64,000 nt of DNA. It comes from Haliotis cracherodii. Taxonomy: Eukaryota. A model generated the notes under the pieces. That model was not told the DNA's origin, searched no databases, and saw only the letters and a program-made list of their open reading frames with translations. The translations under genes and the position numbers were made by a program. Each line of letters opens with the position of its first letter. Positions within the stretch are counted from its first letter, which is position 1. Positions 1 to 12,700 of the stretch are shown here, piece after piece. The DNA is taken from assembly GCF_022045235.1 (NCBI RefSeq), contig NW_027266275.1:81716001-81780000 (forward strand). Direction: 5' to 3'.

Positions 1-1486
1 CTGCAATGGTCATACAAATATACACAGACAGCTGCTTGGCCAGGTCGTGGTAGCTGTCAACAGCAGATGTACAAGTCTTGGCCTGCAATGGTCATACAAA
101 TATACACAGACAGCTGCTTGGCCAGGTCGTGGTAGCTGTCAACAGCAGATGTACAAGTCTTGGCCTGCAATGGTCATACAAATATACACAGACAGCTGCT
201 TGGCCAGGTCGTGGTAGCTGTCAACAGTGGATGTACAAGTCTGGTCATACAAATATACACAGACAGCTGCTTGGCCAGGTCGTGGTAGCTGTCAACAGCA
301 GATGTACAAGTCTGGTCATACAAATATACAAAGATAGCTGCTTGGCCAGGTCGTGGTAGCTGTCAACAGCAGATGTACAAGTCTGGTCATACAAATATAC
401 ACAGACAGCTGCATGGCCAGGTCGTGGTAGCTGCCAACAGCAGATGTACAAGTCTGGTCATACAAATATACACAGACAGCTGCTTGGCCAGGTCGTGGTA
501 GCTGTCAAAAGCAGATGTTCAAGTCTGGTCATACAAATATACAGAGACAGCTGCTTGGCCAGGTCATGGTAGCTGTCAACAGTGGATGTACAAGTCTGGT
601 CATACAAATATACACAGACAGCTGCTTGGCCAGGTCGTGGTAGCTGTCAACAGCAGATGTACAAGTCTGGTCATACAAATATACACAGACAGCTGCTTGG
701 CCAGGTCATGGTAGCTGTCAACAGTGGATGTACAAGTCTGGTCATACAAATATACACAGACAGCTGCTTGGCCAGGTCATGGTAGCTGTCAACAGTGGAT
801 GTACAAGTCTGGTCATACAAATATACACAGACAGCTGCTTGGCCAGGTCGTGGTAGCTGTCAACAGCAGATGTACAAGTCTGGTCATACAAATATACACA
901 GACAGCTGCTTGGCCAGGTCATGGTAGCTGTAAACAGTGGATGTACAAGTCTGGTCATACAAATATACACAGACAGCTGCTTGGCCAGGTTGTGGTAGCT
1001 GTCAACAGTGGATGTACAAGTCTGGTCATACAAATATACACAGACAGCTGCTTGGCCAGGTCATGGTAGCTGTAAACAGTGGATGTACAAGTCTGGTCAT
1101 ACAAATATACACAGACAGCTGCTTGGCCAGGTCATGGTAGCTGTAAACAGTGGATATACAAGTCTGGTCATACAAATATACATAGACAGCTGCTTGGCCA
1201 GGTCATGGTAGCTGTCAACAGCAGATGTACAAGTCTGGTCATACAAATATACACAGACAGCTGCTTGGCCAGGTCATGGTAGCTGTCAACAGTGGATGTA
1301 CAAGTCTGGTCATACAAATATACACAGACAGCTGCATGGCCAGGTCGTGGTAGCTGTCAACAGCAGATGTACAAGTCTGGTCATACAAATATACACAGAC
1401 AGCTGCTTGGCCAGGTCGTGGTAGCTGTCAACAGCAGATGTACAAGTCTGGTCATACAAATATACATAGACAGCTGCTTGGCCAGA
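1..1486 (-). repeat. Minisatellite (71-bp unit; 82-bp units at left) derived from the NPRL3 exon-5 acceptor and first codons
   Basis: About 20 copies. Minus strand reads ttgcag|GCCAAGACTTGTACATCTGCTGTTGACAGCTACCACGACCTGGCCAAGCAGCTG = AKTCTSAVDSYHDLAKQL, the expected NPRL3 continuation after VVFALN. Confidence 0.9.
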
Positions 1487-1707
1487 TGTTTGGGGCTACA
1501 ATTGTCATACAAATTTACAGACAAGGACAGTTTGTCCCACCAATCCAATTGCAGCATTTACTGACTGGCAGCGGACACCAAGGAGGACAGTTTTAAGGAA
1601 GGACTCGGCTGGGGAAGTTTGGCACGCCTAGAACGTTGGATGTCCATTATGTTATTATGAATGAGAAATGAAAGTATTTTGAAAGTATGGTTACAATTCT
1701 GACTTAC

Positions 1708-1891
1708 ATTAAGTGCAAACACGACATTGACGGTGATGATCATGTGACCAGCTGACGATGGCTTGCTATCCACATGGTACATCTTCATCGGAAAGCCGAT
1801 GAAGCGAATTTCATCGATCTTCACATTGAACTTCTTTTTGCAGAGGGAAGATTTCACAGCTAACAAATTTGCCAGAATCTTGTCTGAAAAC
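1708..1891 (-). CDS. NPRL3: NPRL3 coding exon 4
   Basis: ctaag| FSDKILANLLAVKSSLCKKKFNVKIDEIRFIGFP...NVVFALN |gtaagt. Confidence 0.88.
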
Positions 1892-4800
1892 CTTAGAAGA
1901 GAGAATATTAGTAAGAGTGATTAAGGTTGTAATGCTGCTTTGAACAGTATTTCAGGGTTAGATCACTGCGGGTCATGTGATGTGAGGAAACACCAAACTG
2001 ATGTTGGACATAGAAGGAGACGGGTATGGTGCTGATATACAATGATATACCTAGAAACATAATCAGAGTCATCTTAACCCTCGATCACAGGTTTCTGGCA
2101 TGCCCAAGGGAAGTAACTCTGCATACCAAACTGTGGCACCTTAGGCCTGTTACACGACTGGGCCACCATGTAAAAGATGTTGATACTTTGTGATGTCATC
2201 AATTATCAAGAAGGTACCTTGTGCATGATAACTCGTATATGATTTGCCAGATTCACTATGGATACTTATTTCATCAAACAAATATGTCAACAGCAACTGT
2301 AACATTTTCAGGGCATTGTACAGTCAGCGGCAACAAAAACAAAGTCAAATATGTATTTTCCCTTGTGTTATGATGCACTTACTTGTCCGAAATATTAATC
2401 TTTTTTTCTTTATGTTCTTATTTCCCCAACAAATAAGTATATAGTCAACAGATACGTTTTAACATTCACATGTGCCTCAGATTGTCACATACAATTTTCA
2501 GTACATTATAAACATCACCATAATGTCACATCATGCACACATTTCACCATACCAACAGAACCCTAGAGTTATAGTTTGTGCATTGATGTAGTGGTTGTAC
2601 AGACATTATGTTTTCCCTATCATATTGAGCACTGTACACGTGTGTTTGTGAATGTCAGCTACTTACCAGTCCAAGTTTGCGTTCCTGCCTGAAGGGATCA
2701 CAGTACTCCTGTAACACAGCATCAGAATTAATCCTGTTAAGGATTCCACGTGACCCATGAACCAGTTAGGAACATAGAGTTTAATGCTGGTGCAATGTTA
2801 GTATCCTTCCGTTAAGCCATGACCAAGTGCTATTGTAAGGAAGATAAAATAGACCAGGCTACCAACCTGGCTATCCATGTGTTGACTGTACTAATATTCC
2901 GGGGGGGGCGGAAATACACCATTCAACCATCTTCCGGGGCACCATTGTGAAATGAGGTCTTTGTGCATTTTTTGGTCCGGACAAACAATAGCATATGGGT
3001 TTATGAAACAACAGTATGTTGGTAAACAAAAAATAAACCCTTATTGGCACTGCCTTGACGGAGCGCTGCTGAGCAAAACCAAGAATGCTCAACAGTACGT
3101 GTGTCAAGCTGATAGTGCCCAAGAAAGGTATTGAAGTGGCGCCACATAGCAGCCGAGCAGACTTCTTTGATGAGCAACGATGCAGCAAAGCCTTAAAAGG
3201 TCGCCATCCCTCTAACAGAATGGCCTTCTAAACCAGCTGGAATGGCCACGCCCTTCGCCATGTGAAACAGCATCAGATTTATTCATGTTAATGATTCGCC
3301 ATGCATGGAAGAATCAATGTGAAACTGTCACTAACTATTTGTCCCCCTTAAATTAATTATTGGCTCAGATCATCTTCCCGAGGCAAGGGAGTTAACTGAT
3401 TATAAAAGTCCAGTTTCCACACTTGCTGAACTAGGCTGGAATTATATTTTGGCTGGATGAATGAGTCTATGCATCATCCAATCAAAATCACTTAACGAAA
3501 GTGACATCCACTTTGTGACTGCTGTGCAGATTTCTGCTGATTGCAGGATTTGCAAAGCTAAGATTTGGGTGCCACGTTTACAGTCTGAACTTTTACAGTC
3601 AATTAAGTCCCTTGCCTCGGGAAGATGGGCTCAGATATCCACAGGACAAGTAGAGTTTACTCAAATTTGCAAGATCTTTTTCATATACTTTATCTATTCT
3701 TTCAAATGATTATGAGCTTAGAGATTACATTTGGAATAGCTGACACTCTAAAATTGTCAATGACATATAAAAGTGAAAAGAAACCTGACAAGCAAATTCC
3801 CAATTATACGCTTTTGAAATCCCTTTAGTGCCCATTGAATCAAGCTGGGGATGAAGAGATAATGTTGTACCTGGACATCAGGGCAATGGTACCTTAAAAA
3901 CCAGGAGGGATTGTATCATAAGTAATTTAAAGGACTTTATCCTGTTGCACTAAGGTCAGCTAATACATATACATGTGCACTCACTTGCTCCGATGATGAT
4001 CCTCAGCAACTTTGGATCGTGTAGCATAAGGATTTCGACCATACACTGAAAGATAATCATGTTCTACGTATAACCTGTAAGAAGGAAATATACACACTGT
4101 GAAAGTTAAAACAAATGTACATTTGTGTCTTGGAAAATGATTACCAATTCAGGTTACACTGTTGTAAATATTACATAAAATATGATGAGTACCGTATTTG
4201 CCATAATAAGCACACAGGAAACTTCGAAAATTGACAAATGGGGGTGCTTATTAAACCGGTTAAAACCTTAAACAAGCAAAATATAATTTTAGACTCTGAA
4301 CAGTAGTAAGCATACTTATTTCAAGCATTTATGAAACCAAAACATTTTCAATAATAGTTCATGATAGTTACTAGGCAATTATATCATTCCTACTTCTGTA
4401 AACAAAATCTGTAATATGCACAAGAAAATACTGACTAGCTGTCATGTAAATCTTCAATTATAGTCGTATAAATTTTCGATTATAGCACATGTTGGTATGC
4501 TAATAAATATTACTTACAAACTGGGTTCCTATAGGAGCAAAGCACTTAATACAGTGAATATGGTAATCATAAATAGGGTGTGGTATCCTATCCTGCACAA
4601 TGACTTGAACACCCTGTCATGCTTGTAGCAGCATACTATATAATTACTGCATTAACCAACCTGCGAAATACGCTACAGTCGGAAAGCACACGTTAAATCT
4701 TCTATATCAGTCAGTCAACCTGCTCCAAATGAAGTACATGGAATAGGTAATTTTTATTAAGCATCAACCCTTCAAAACTTTTGGTGCATCAAAGACACTA

Positions 4801-6056
4801 TAATTCTGGTATGAGGTATGTAGGCCCATAAAATATTAAATATCCACGTTATGGGTTTTCAGACTCTTAGAAAAATTCGCAGATGCAAAACATCTTACTC
4901 CACAGTTTGAAATAATTTTCAAACCCAACAAGACAGTCGGCCAGGTGACCCATAAATGTTGCCTGCCCATCGCCAAAGTTACCTGTCCGCATTCAGCTAT
5001 AATGAATATTAAAAAATTGCAATAAATAAGAGACAAGTGGCATCTTGAATCAGCTGAAAAAAGGCAAACAATTGCAAAAAAATCTACGAGGAGTAATGAT
5101 ATAACTGACTATGTAAGTCTTAAAATTACAGATGGAGGAAAATGTCATGCAGCCTGACTATAAAGTTACCAGGCATGGGCAGGAAGGCTGGCAGTTATTT
5201 TGGACACTTGTCTCGCTCACTTGTAAAAGACAACATTATCTTAAAAAATAAGCCATCATCTGAGCATTTACGATGTCTGTGTGACGCCATACCCCTCGTT
5301 AAAGCGACGAACATGGCCGTCCAAAAACAATTAGTGTCCAAAAACATGATCCGATGAAAGTGTACCCAGCCTCAAATAATAGTAAACATTATTTTCACCT
5401 TGCAAAAAAGTACTATCACAAGTGATATTTTTGGCCAAAATGATTTTTGAAGTTTGAACAAATAATAACCCACATGATGTTCTTTATCTGGCATTTTGTA
5501 AACAGAAATAAACATGATAAACGTGGACATCTTGGAAAGTTATACTTATATTCATGGATCATCACACTGTTTTAAATATTGTTGTACGATGAAATTCTGT
5601 ACATCAATAAATCAATAGCCAAACAGTAGTTTAGTTCAACATCGAATATAATATTACAAATACCTACAAAGTTCGCCAGCCGTTCAATAGAGGTGTAACT
5701 GCATCAGTAGAACTGATTTGGCCTATTTTGTTTCGGAAAAGCATCAATAACAAATGTTAATATTTTGCTACATCTTCAGAAAATAGACATTTCATTTACA
5801 ACTCAATTAGTTTACTCCGAAATAACAATTCCTTCAAATGTTATTTAGCCAAATCTTTTGAGAGCTGAGGCATAATATGTATGATCATAACACAGAAGCA
5901 ATTGTGATCGAAAAGTGGACGAAGAGGATCGCTGAGCCCACCTCTTGACACGGTGTACCGGTTGTCTTCGGATTCGTAAGGGTAACGGAATAATAAACGA
6001 TCCCCTCGGGTTCCCGATGTCACAACAAAAATACCGAGTGGGTCCATGTCTTCCAT
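1708..6056 (-). CDS. NPRL3: GATOR1 complex subunit NPRL3, 5' part (exons 6056-5942, 4045-3985, 2708-2667, 1891-1708; continues left of window)
   Basis: Spliced translation is MEDMDPLGIFVVTSGTRGDRLLFRYPY...GRNPYA...LDWFSDKILANLLAVKSSLCKKKFNVKIDEIRFIGFP...NVVFALN. It matches recalled NPRL3 longin-domain motifs (SGSRGxxLLFRYP; FSDxILAxxLAxKSxxCxxKFxxKIDxxRFxGxP). All junctions are GT-AG and phase-consistent. Confidence 0.92.
2667..2708 (-). CDS. NPRL3: NPRL3 coding exon 3
   Basis: ttacag| STVIPSGRNANLD |gtaagt; phase 2->2. Confidence 0.75.
3985..4045 (-). CDS. NPRL3: NPRL3 coding exon 2
   Basis: tttcag| (V)YGRNPYATRSKVAEDHHRS |gtgagt; phase 1->2. Confidence 0.8.
5942..6056 (-). CDS. NPRL3: NPRL3 coding exon 1
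   Basis: ATG at 6056; MEDMDPLGIFVVTSGTRGDRLLFRYPYESEDNRYTVSR; donor G|gtgggc. Confidence 0.9.
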
Positions 6057-6482
6057 GATGATGAATTAACGGTTAACTATCACATCTGACACTGACATTT
6101 ACAAGAGATGCTCAGCGGATATGTAGTTGTCGTCCTGTTGATTACCTCCCTTGTTCGTGTGTAGCCTCCCTTTGGTTCGTCTGCTAAAGAAGGTGACGAT
6201 TAGTTCGAAAGCGCTGAAATTCAATCGCAGATGTCGGGTGAATGTCTAGCAATGCGTAATTCAATTTCAGTTCGCAGTTTGTCATATTTTTCAATAGTCT
6301 GATTAATAATTGGGATATAGGCCTAATAACCTCACTGAAAGGAGTAAAACGCGAGTAAATGTCTCGCACCTGTTTTGATGTGAATCACTGCAAACCTTGC
6401 ACAACAGATGCTTCGCCCATTGTGTTCTATGCAGTATTAATTTATGGAGTCACAAATAGTGTTTTTTTTCTTTTAGATCACC
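6057..6482. promoter_or_regulatory. Putative bidirectional promoter / 5' UTRs shared by NPRL3 and MEI1
   Basis: The divergent ATGs are 427 bp apart. A strong acceptor (T-tract ending ttag|atcaccATGG) before the MEI1 ATG implies an upstream 5'UTR exon within or across this interval. Confidence 0.6.
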
Positions 6483-6738
6483 ATGGCCACTCAATTACCC
6501 TATATAACGCAGGGTCACCGGAAACACGACGTCCATTGGATGGTGATATCTCCAGGCCACAGTGGTGTTTTGTGTGTAGCTTGTTTGGTGGAGCAGGTGG
6601 AGAATGATGAAGCCCCACTTGTACAGAGGAAAGTCGTCCTGTCGTTGTTGGCCAGTCTCCTTGGAGACAGTAAAGAAGTAGCAGCCAAGTTTGAAGAAAA
6701 CCTGTTACTTTGTAGACACATGATTGACATTGTGACAG
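6483..6738 (+). CDS. MEI1: MEI1 coding exon 1
   Basis: caccATGG Kozak; MATQLPYITQGHRKHDVHW...LCVACLVEQVENDEAPLVQRK...DIVT; donor G|gtagcc. Confidence 0.88.
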
Positions 6739-9700
6739 GTAGCCCCCTAGCCTATGATTTAATTAATTGTGATAATGACTCGCCAATGAGACGAATCAAT
6801 CAGGCACCATCTTGTTACCGTCATGGTTGGATACAGAGGGGGGTCGCGGGGGTGCGCACCATCCCTTTTTATTTCGAAAAAATCTTTATTTCTGTATAAA
6901 TTACCACCAAAGACAATGAATAGATCTTAATTGTGCACCCCCCCTTTTCAGAAAAGCTGTATCCGCCCATGACCGTCATCTGATTTCGAGCTCCTCCATG
7001 ACAGTAAAGTTAAAAATAGATGCACAACATGATGATTCACATGACATTACAGACAGGATGTTTGCAAATAGCAGCCTATAAATCACCGGTGCGATTGGTC
7101 TGATGCAAAATTATTATCAGATCAATATCTTACCTGGTGTAGCTTAATTCTTAATATAACTTCAGCGGCAAGTGGCGAACACTTTGATGTCTTGAGTGGG
7201 CTTTGAAGCGCCTACCTTGATTACGTCATAAAGTGCATGATTAAGTATTGTTTAGGGGCTCGAAAAGAGGTAAGGCTCAAAAACATGTTATGTGGGGATA
7301 TATTACACAGCTTTGGATAGGCGTCATCAGAAATGTCATTCTGTTCAAATATACACATGTCATTGTGCGAGTCATGTTTGTGTATCATGGGAAGATAAAA
7401 ATATCTCCATCATCAGAGTCGTCGTCATTTATTAATATGTGAGAGAATATGTTTTCTTTTATTTTTGACAGGCAGTTTTTTCAAACATGACCAGCATGTG
7501 GATCCAGCGATTAAAGGTAATGGCTCTTATATGTGTTCTATGTAATGTGATCTATGCCATCTAATTAGGTTTGGACAAATAACACAGCTTTAACCTTAAG
7601 TAAACTCTGGTGGTTGAATCAAAGCAGGACTTACTTTGAAGATAGCTGACTTAGGGTTTTCAGCTTCTTTGGTATTTTAATGCGAAGTTTCGGTACAGAT
7701 GCAAGTGAAGAATAACCATGTAAGCATCTGTACTACAACACCGCATACACATGTTGAAATCCATAAGTCAACCCTGTCTTCCCAGATACTACAGCTGAAT
7801 GCCACTAAATGATGCAGTGTGTTTCTAACTGTTTCATTGGCATTCTAGAAGTTGGTGAGTAAGTAAGAAAACATACAACTTTATGGATAATAACGTCTGG
7901 TTTATGGTATATAGTGATGTTTCGATGTAGACTCTTACACCAATATCAAGCTTGTAATACATTTTGTCTGTTTTCTTAGGATATATTTCATTTCTGACTT
8001 AAGGCCACACTTCTGAAATTTTGTTTCATGGATGTATTCCAGCTTTTCCACACAAGGTCGGTCAACATAAAAGTTAAAAATAAATGTAAAAATATTTTTA
8101 TTTTTATTTTTTTCTTAGACTGGCCTCTTTCCAGTATTGGTGGTGGGACAATGAAAAAAAAAAAAAAAAATGTATGGCCTTATTTAAAATGACTACATTG
8201 CTAAGTCAGCATGTATCATGTGTATGGGACTAGTGACAATGTCAGATCCTGTTAAAGAGAGCATGAGACAGGAAAACAAACATGTTCTGGCAATATTGTT
8301 TATAAAACATCATCATATGTTATGGGACTGATCTAAGAGTTTAAATTTTTTCAAGAATTAGGGGAATATCTACTTTGTTTACCTTTTCTAATGTCTGTGA
8401 TAGATGAGTGGTAACAATGTTATTTGTTACACGGAAAACCTGGGTTTAATCCACAACTTTGATATGATTTGTGAAGCCCACTGTCAAGTACTGACCACCA
8501 CAGTGAAATTCCTGGAACACTGCTAAAAGTGGCAAAAAGTCATGCTTGCATTCATGTGTGCTTGCTTGTTGATGCATGTGTGCTTGCTTGTTGATGCATG
8601 TGTGCTTGCTTGTTGATGGATGTGTGCTTGCTTGTTGATGGATGTGTGCTTGCTTGTTGATGGATGTGTGCTTGCTTGTTGATGCATGTGTGCTTGCTTG
8701 TTGATGGATGTGTGCTTGCTTGTTGATGCATGTGTGCTTGCTTGTTGATGGATGTGTGCTTGCTTGTTGATGGATGTGTGCTTGCTTGTTGATGGATGTG
8801 TGCTTGCTTGTTGATGGATGTGTGCTTGCTTGTTGATGGATGTGTGCTTGCTTGTTGATGGATGTGTGCTTGCTTGTTGATGGATGTGTGCTTGCTTGTT
8901 GATGGATGTGTGCTTGCTTGTTGATGGATGTGTGCTTGCTTGTTGATGGATGGCTTGCTTCTTTGCTGCCATTGACCATCTCTCACTCACTCACCCTGTA
9001 CTATTGGAATGAACCTGTCAAAAAAAGAGATTTTCTTACTTCAGATTTGAAGAAAATGAGTTCCTTGTGTAATGTGTGTACATGAGTACTAGGAATGTGT
9101 CTTGTAGTGTGTCAGCTGATACTGGAGACTGCTGAATCGGAGGATTTGGTCTGGTACGCCATAGACAAGTTCCACTTCCAGGTGGGTTTCAGCAGATACA
9201 TGTGTAATACTGGACAGGTGCCATGTCATAATGTATTGTTACCTACATCCATCCCTGTTGCAGATTAAAATATAGTATACAGTAAACTGTGTTTATAACG
9301 AACACGTTTATTACAAACAGACAGATATATTAAACTGTTTTTGTTGTTGTCCAGGCCATTTGTTGTATATATGCTGTATATATGCTTACAACGAACTACG
9401 GTTATAACAAACTACAATTAGTGGTCCCTTTGAGTTTGTTATAACCATAGTTTACTGTATGTAGTCTTATACACTATTTACGATTAATTGGGTCCTGGGT
9501 CCTTGTGGTGCTCTCCTGTGGTTTTGAATCTAGGAATCCCCTAAAACTTTTAAAATCAGGCTTAGGATAAGGAATCCTTGACTTCCAGCTTAACTAACTC
9601 TGGAAAAATATTAACATTTCAATACATCAATATATAGTAGTTGAATGCGACATGCAAGATTTGCCATGGATTTTAATGACTATTTTGTTAAGGGATTGTT

Positions 9701-12700
9701 TTTAATGACTTGACAAATATGTAAGTATTTGAACCGTATTTATCTTGTAAATAAGCCATGTGTTAACAGAGGTCAGGTTAATAACTGGACTGCACATCTG
9801 TTAATATTAAGGGGTCATACGATACATGATGGACATGCACATCCAGTTGAGCTCAGGTCCAAAACGATTTGTAGGATATGTTGGGTGTACCTGTTTATCT
9901 ATTGCCAGTGGTGCAAGTTAAGCATGACGCCCAAGGACCCTTGTCATAACCCTAATGTTTAAAGTTAAAATTTAGGGGTCCCTAGACAGAGAAAGTTTAG
10001 CAGAAAGCCTCAAGGTACCCCGTTAATTTTGAACACTGAGAAGGAGAGATGTCTGTTGATGTTTAACTGCTATGATATGTCGGTAGTTACAAGACAGCCA
10101 GGACCTGGTGTCTGTCTCACCATACTTGCTGCTGCTTGGGAGGCTGCTGGTTATTTCTCCGGCATATGGATTTCACCTTCTCCACAAACACGGTAAACTT
10201 CTCAATCAGTGTCACACTTATTGCACTAACAAACACGGTAAACTTCTCAATCAGTGTCACTTATTGCACTAACGACTTATATTTGCATAAAACCCTGTTG
10301 TAAATAGTTCCAATCCAAGCTCTATATTTGTCATATTTCAAGAACTTTAGTTGTGAATGATGTTATCAAAGGCCATTGGTGATAGAAAGAATTTTACTAC
10401 TGTGTATGGGTTTTGTTTCAGAATCTCTTCTTCTCCTCGTACTAAGGTTACTGAGTCAAACGTCAGATGAAAGCTGTTTGTGTTCTGTAATCTACATCTT
10501 CATCCATCTGTTGGATGACTCTCTGCAATCAGACGTGTCCCTTGATGTGAGGTGTTGTGTCAATCAGGTGCTGGTGTCTCTCCTCACTTGTGCTGAATCT
10601 CTGGACCTGAGAGTCAATCTACTGGGTGAGTTAGGTCCACAATCAGGTATGTCCCTTGATGTGAGGTGTAGTGTCAATCAGGTGCTGGTGTCTCTCCTCA
10701 CTTGTGCTAAATCTCTGGACCTGAGAGTCAATCTACTGGGTGAGTTAGGCCCACAGTTGCTAATGTATCGCTATAATATCTTGTAATTATGCACAACTGA
10801 AAATGCAACAAAATTAACATCTATAGAAAAGACTGTTAAAGGCTTCTATAGGACTAATAGAAATAACGAAATGTTTTGAAAAATATTAATATATATCATT
10901 CAGGATCTTTGGTAGCCGCCTCAATGAGTTTCACAATCTCTGCTTCAGCGCTTCTCAAAAACATCCTGAAGCACACAGATGAAAACACTGTGAAGCTGTT
11001 GATGGCACCCAACCCAGACAACAAGTATTTGGTGATGGGACTCAAGAAGATGTTGATCACCAAGCAGGAGGTGCTGCAGACGGCCTCTGCTCACTGCGTG
11101 ACGGTGCTGATGTCCTGCTCCAAGGATGAAAGTACCGTCACTCAGATCCTGGAGAGTGACCTAGCCGGTGAGTGAGTGAGTTACTGATGCTCTAGAGATG
11201 AAAGTACTGTCACTCAGATCCTGGAGAGTGACCTAGCCAGTGAGTGACGCTCTACAGATGAAGGTACCGTCACTCAGATCCTGGAGAGTGACCTAGCTGG
11301 TGAGTGAGTGAGTGAGTGACGCTCTACAGATGAAGGTACCGTCACTCAGATCCTGGAGAGTGACCTAGCTGGTGAGTGAGTGTGTGAGTGATGCTCTAGA
11401 GATGAAAGTACAGTCACTCAGATCCTGGAGAGTGACCTGGCCCGTGAGTGAGTGAGTGAGTGAGTGAGTGAGTGAATGATGCTCTAGAGATGAAAGTACT
11501 GTCACTCAGATCCTGGAGAGTGACTTAGCTGGTGAGTGAGTGAGTGAGTGAGTGATGCTCTAGAGATGAAAGTACTGTCACTCAGATCCTGGAGAGTGAC
11601 CTAGCTGGTGAGTGAGTGAGTGAGTGATGCTCTAGAGATGAAAGTACAGTCACTCAGATCCTGGAGAGTGACCTAGCTGGTGAGTGAGTGAGTGAGTGAT
11701 GCTCTAGGGATGAAAGTACAGTCACTCATATCCTGGAGAGTGACCTAGCTGGTGTGTGAGTTAGTGAGTGAGTGATGCTCTAGAGATGAAAGTACAGTAA
11801 CTCAGAACCTGGAGAGTGACCTAGCCGGTGAGTGAGTGAGTGATTCTCTAGAGATGAAAGTACAGTCACTCAGATCCTGGAGAGTGACCTAGCTGGTGAG
11901 TGAGTGAGTGAGTGAGTGATGCTCTAGAGATGAAAGTACCGTCACTCAGATCCTGGAGAGTGACCTGGCCCGTGAGTGAGTGAGTGAGTGAGTGAGTGAT
12001 GCTCTAGAGATGAAAGTACTGTCACTCAGATCCTGGAGAGTGACCTAGCTGATGAGTGAGTTAGTGAGTGAGTGAGTGATGCTCTAGAGATGAAAGTACA
12101 GTAACTCAGATCCTGGAGAGTGACCTAGCCGGTGAGTGAGTGAGTGATGCTCTAGAGATGAAAGTACAGTCACTCAGATCCTGGAGAGTGACCTAGCTGG
12201 TGAGTGAGTGAGTGAGTGATGCTCTACAGATGAAAGTACCGTCACTCAGATCCTGGAGAGTGACTTGGCCCGAGAGTGAGTGAGTGAGTGAGTGATGCTC
12301 TAGAGATGAAAGTACTGTCACTCAGATCCTGGAGAGTGACCTAGCTGGTGAGTGAGTGAGTGAGTGAGTGATGCTCTACAGATGAAAGTACCGTCACTCA
12401 GATCCTGGAGAGTGACTTGGCCCGAGAGTGAGTGAGTGAGTGAGTGATGCTCTAGAGATGAAAGTACTGTCACTCAGATCCTGGAGAGTGACTTAGCTGG
12501 TGAGTGAGTGAGTGAGTGAGTGAGTGATGCTCTAGAGATGAAAGTACTGTCACTCAGATCCTGGAGAGTGACCTAGCTGGTGAGTGAGTGAGTGAGTGAT
12601 GCTCTAGGGATGAAAGTACTGTCACTCAGATCCTGGAGAGTGACCTAGCTGGTGAGTGAGTGACGCTCTACAGATGAAAGTACTGTCACTCAGATCCTGG

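Noticed and set aside
78-1564. Series of 67-93 aa plus-strand ORFs
   Set aside because: Antisense translations of the 71-bp array.
2871-3270. GC-richer stretch with ORFs in an NPRL3 intron (similar stretches at 46050-46600 and 59150-59770)
   Set aside because: No recognisable protein motif; possibly old transposon debris, but I cannot support that from sequence alone.
8446-8990. Three overlapping minus-strand ORFs
   Set aside because: 22-bp repeat cycling through frames.
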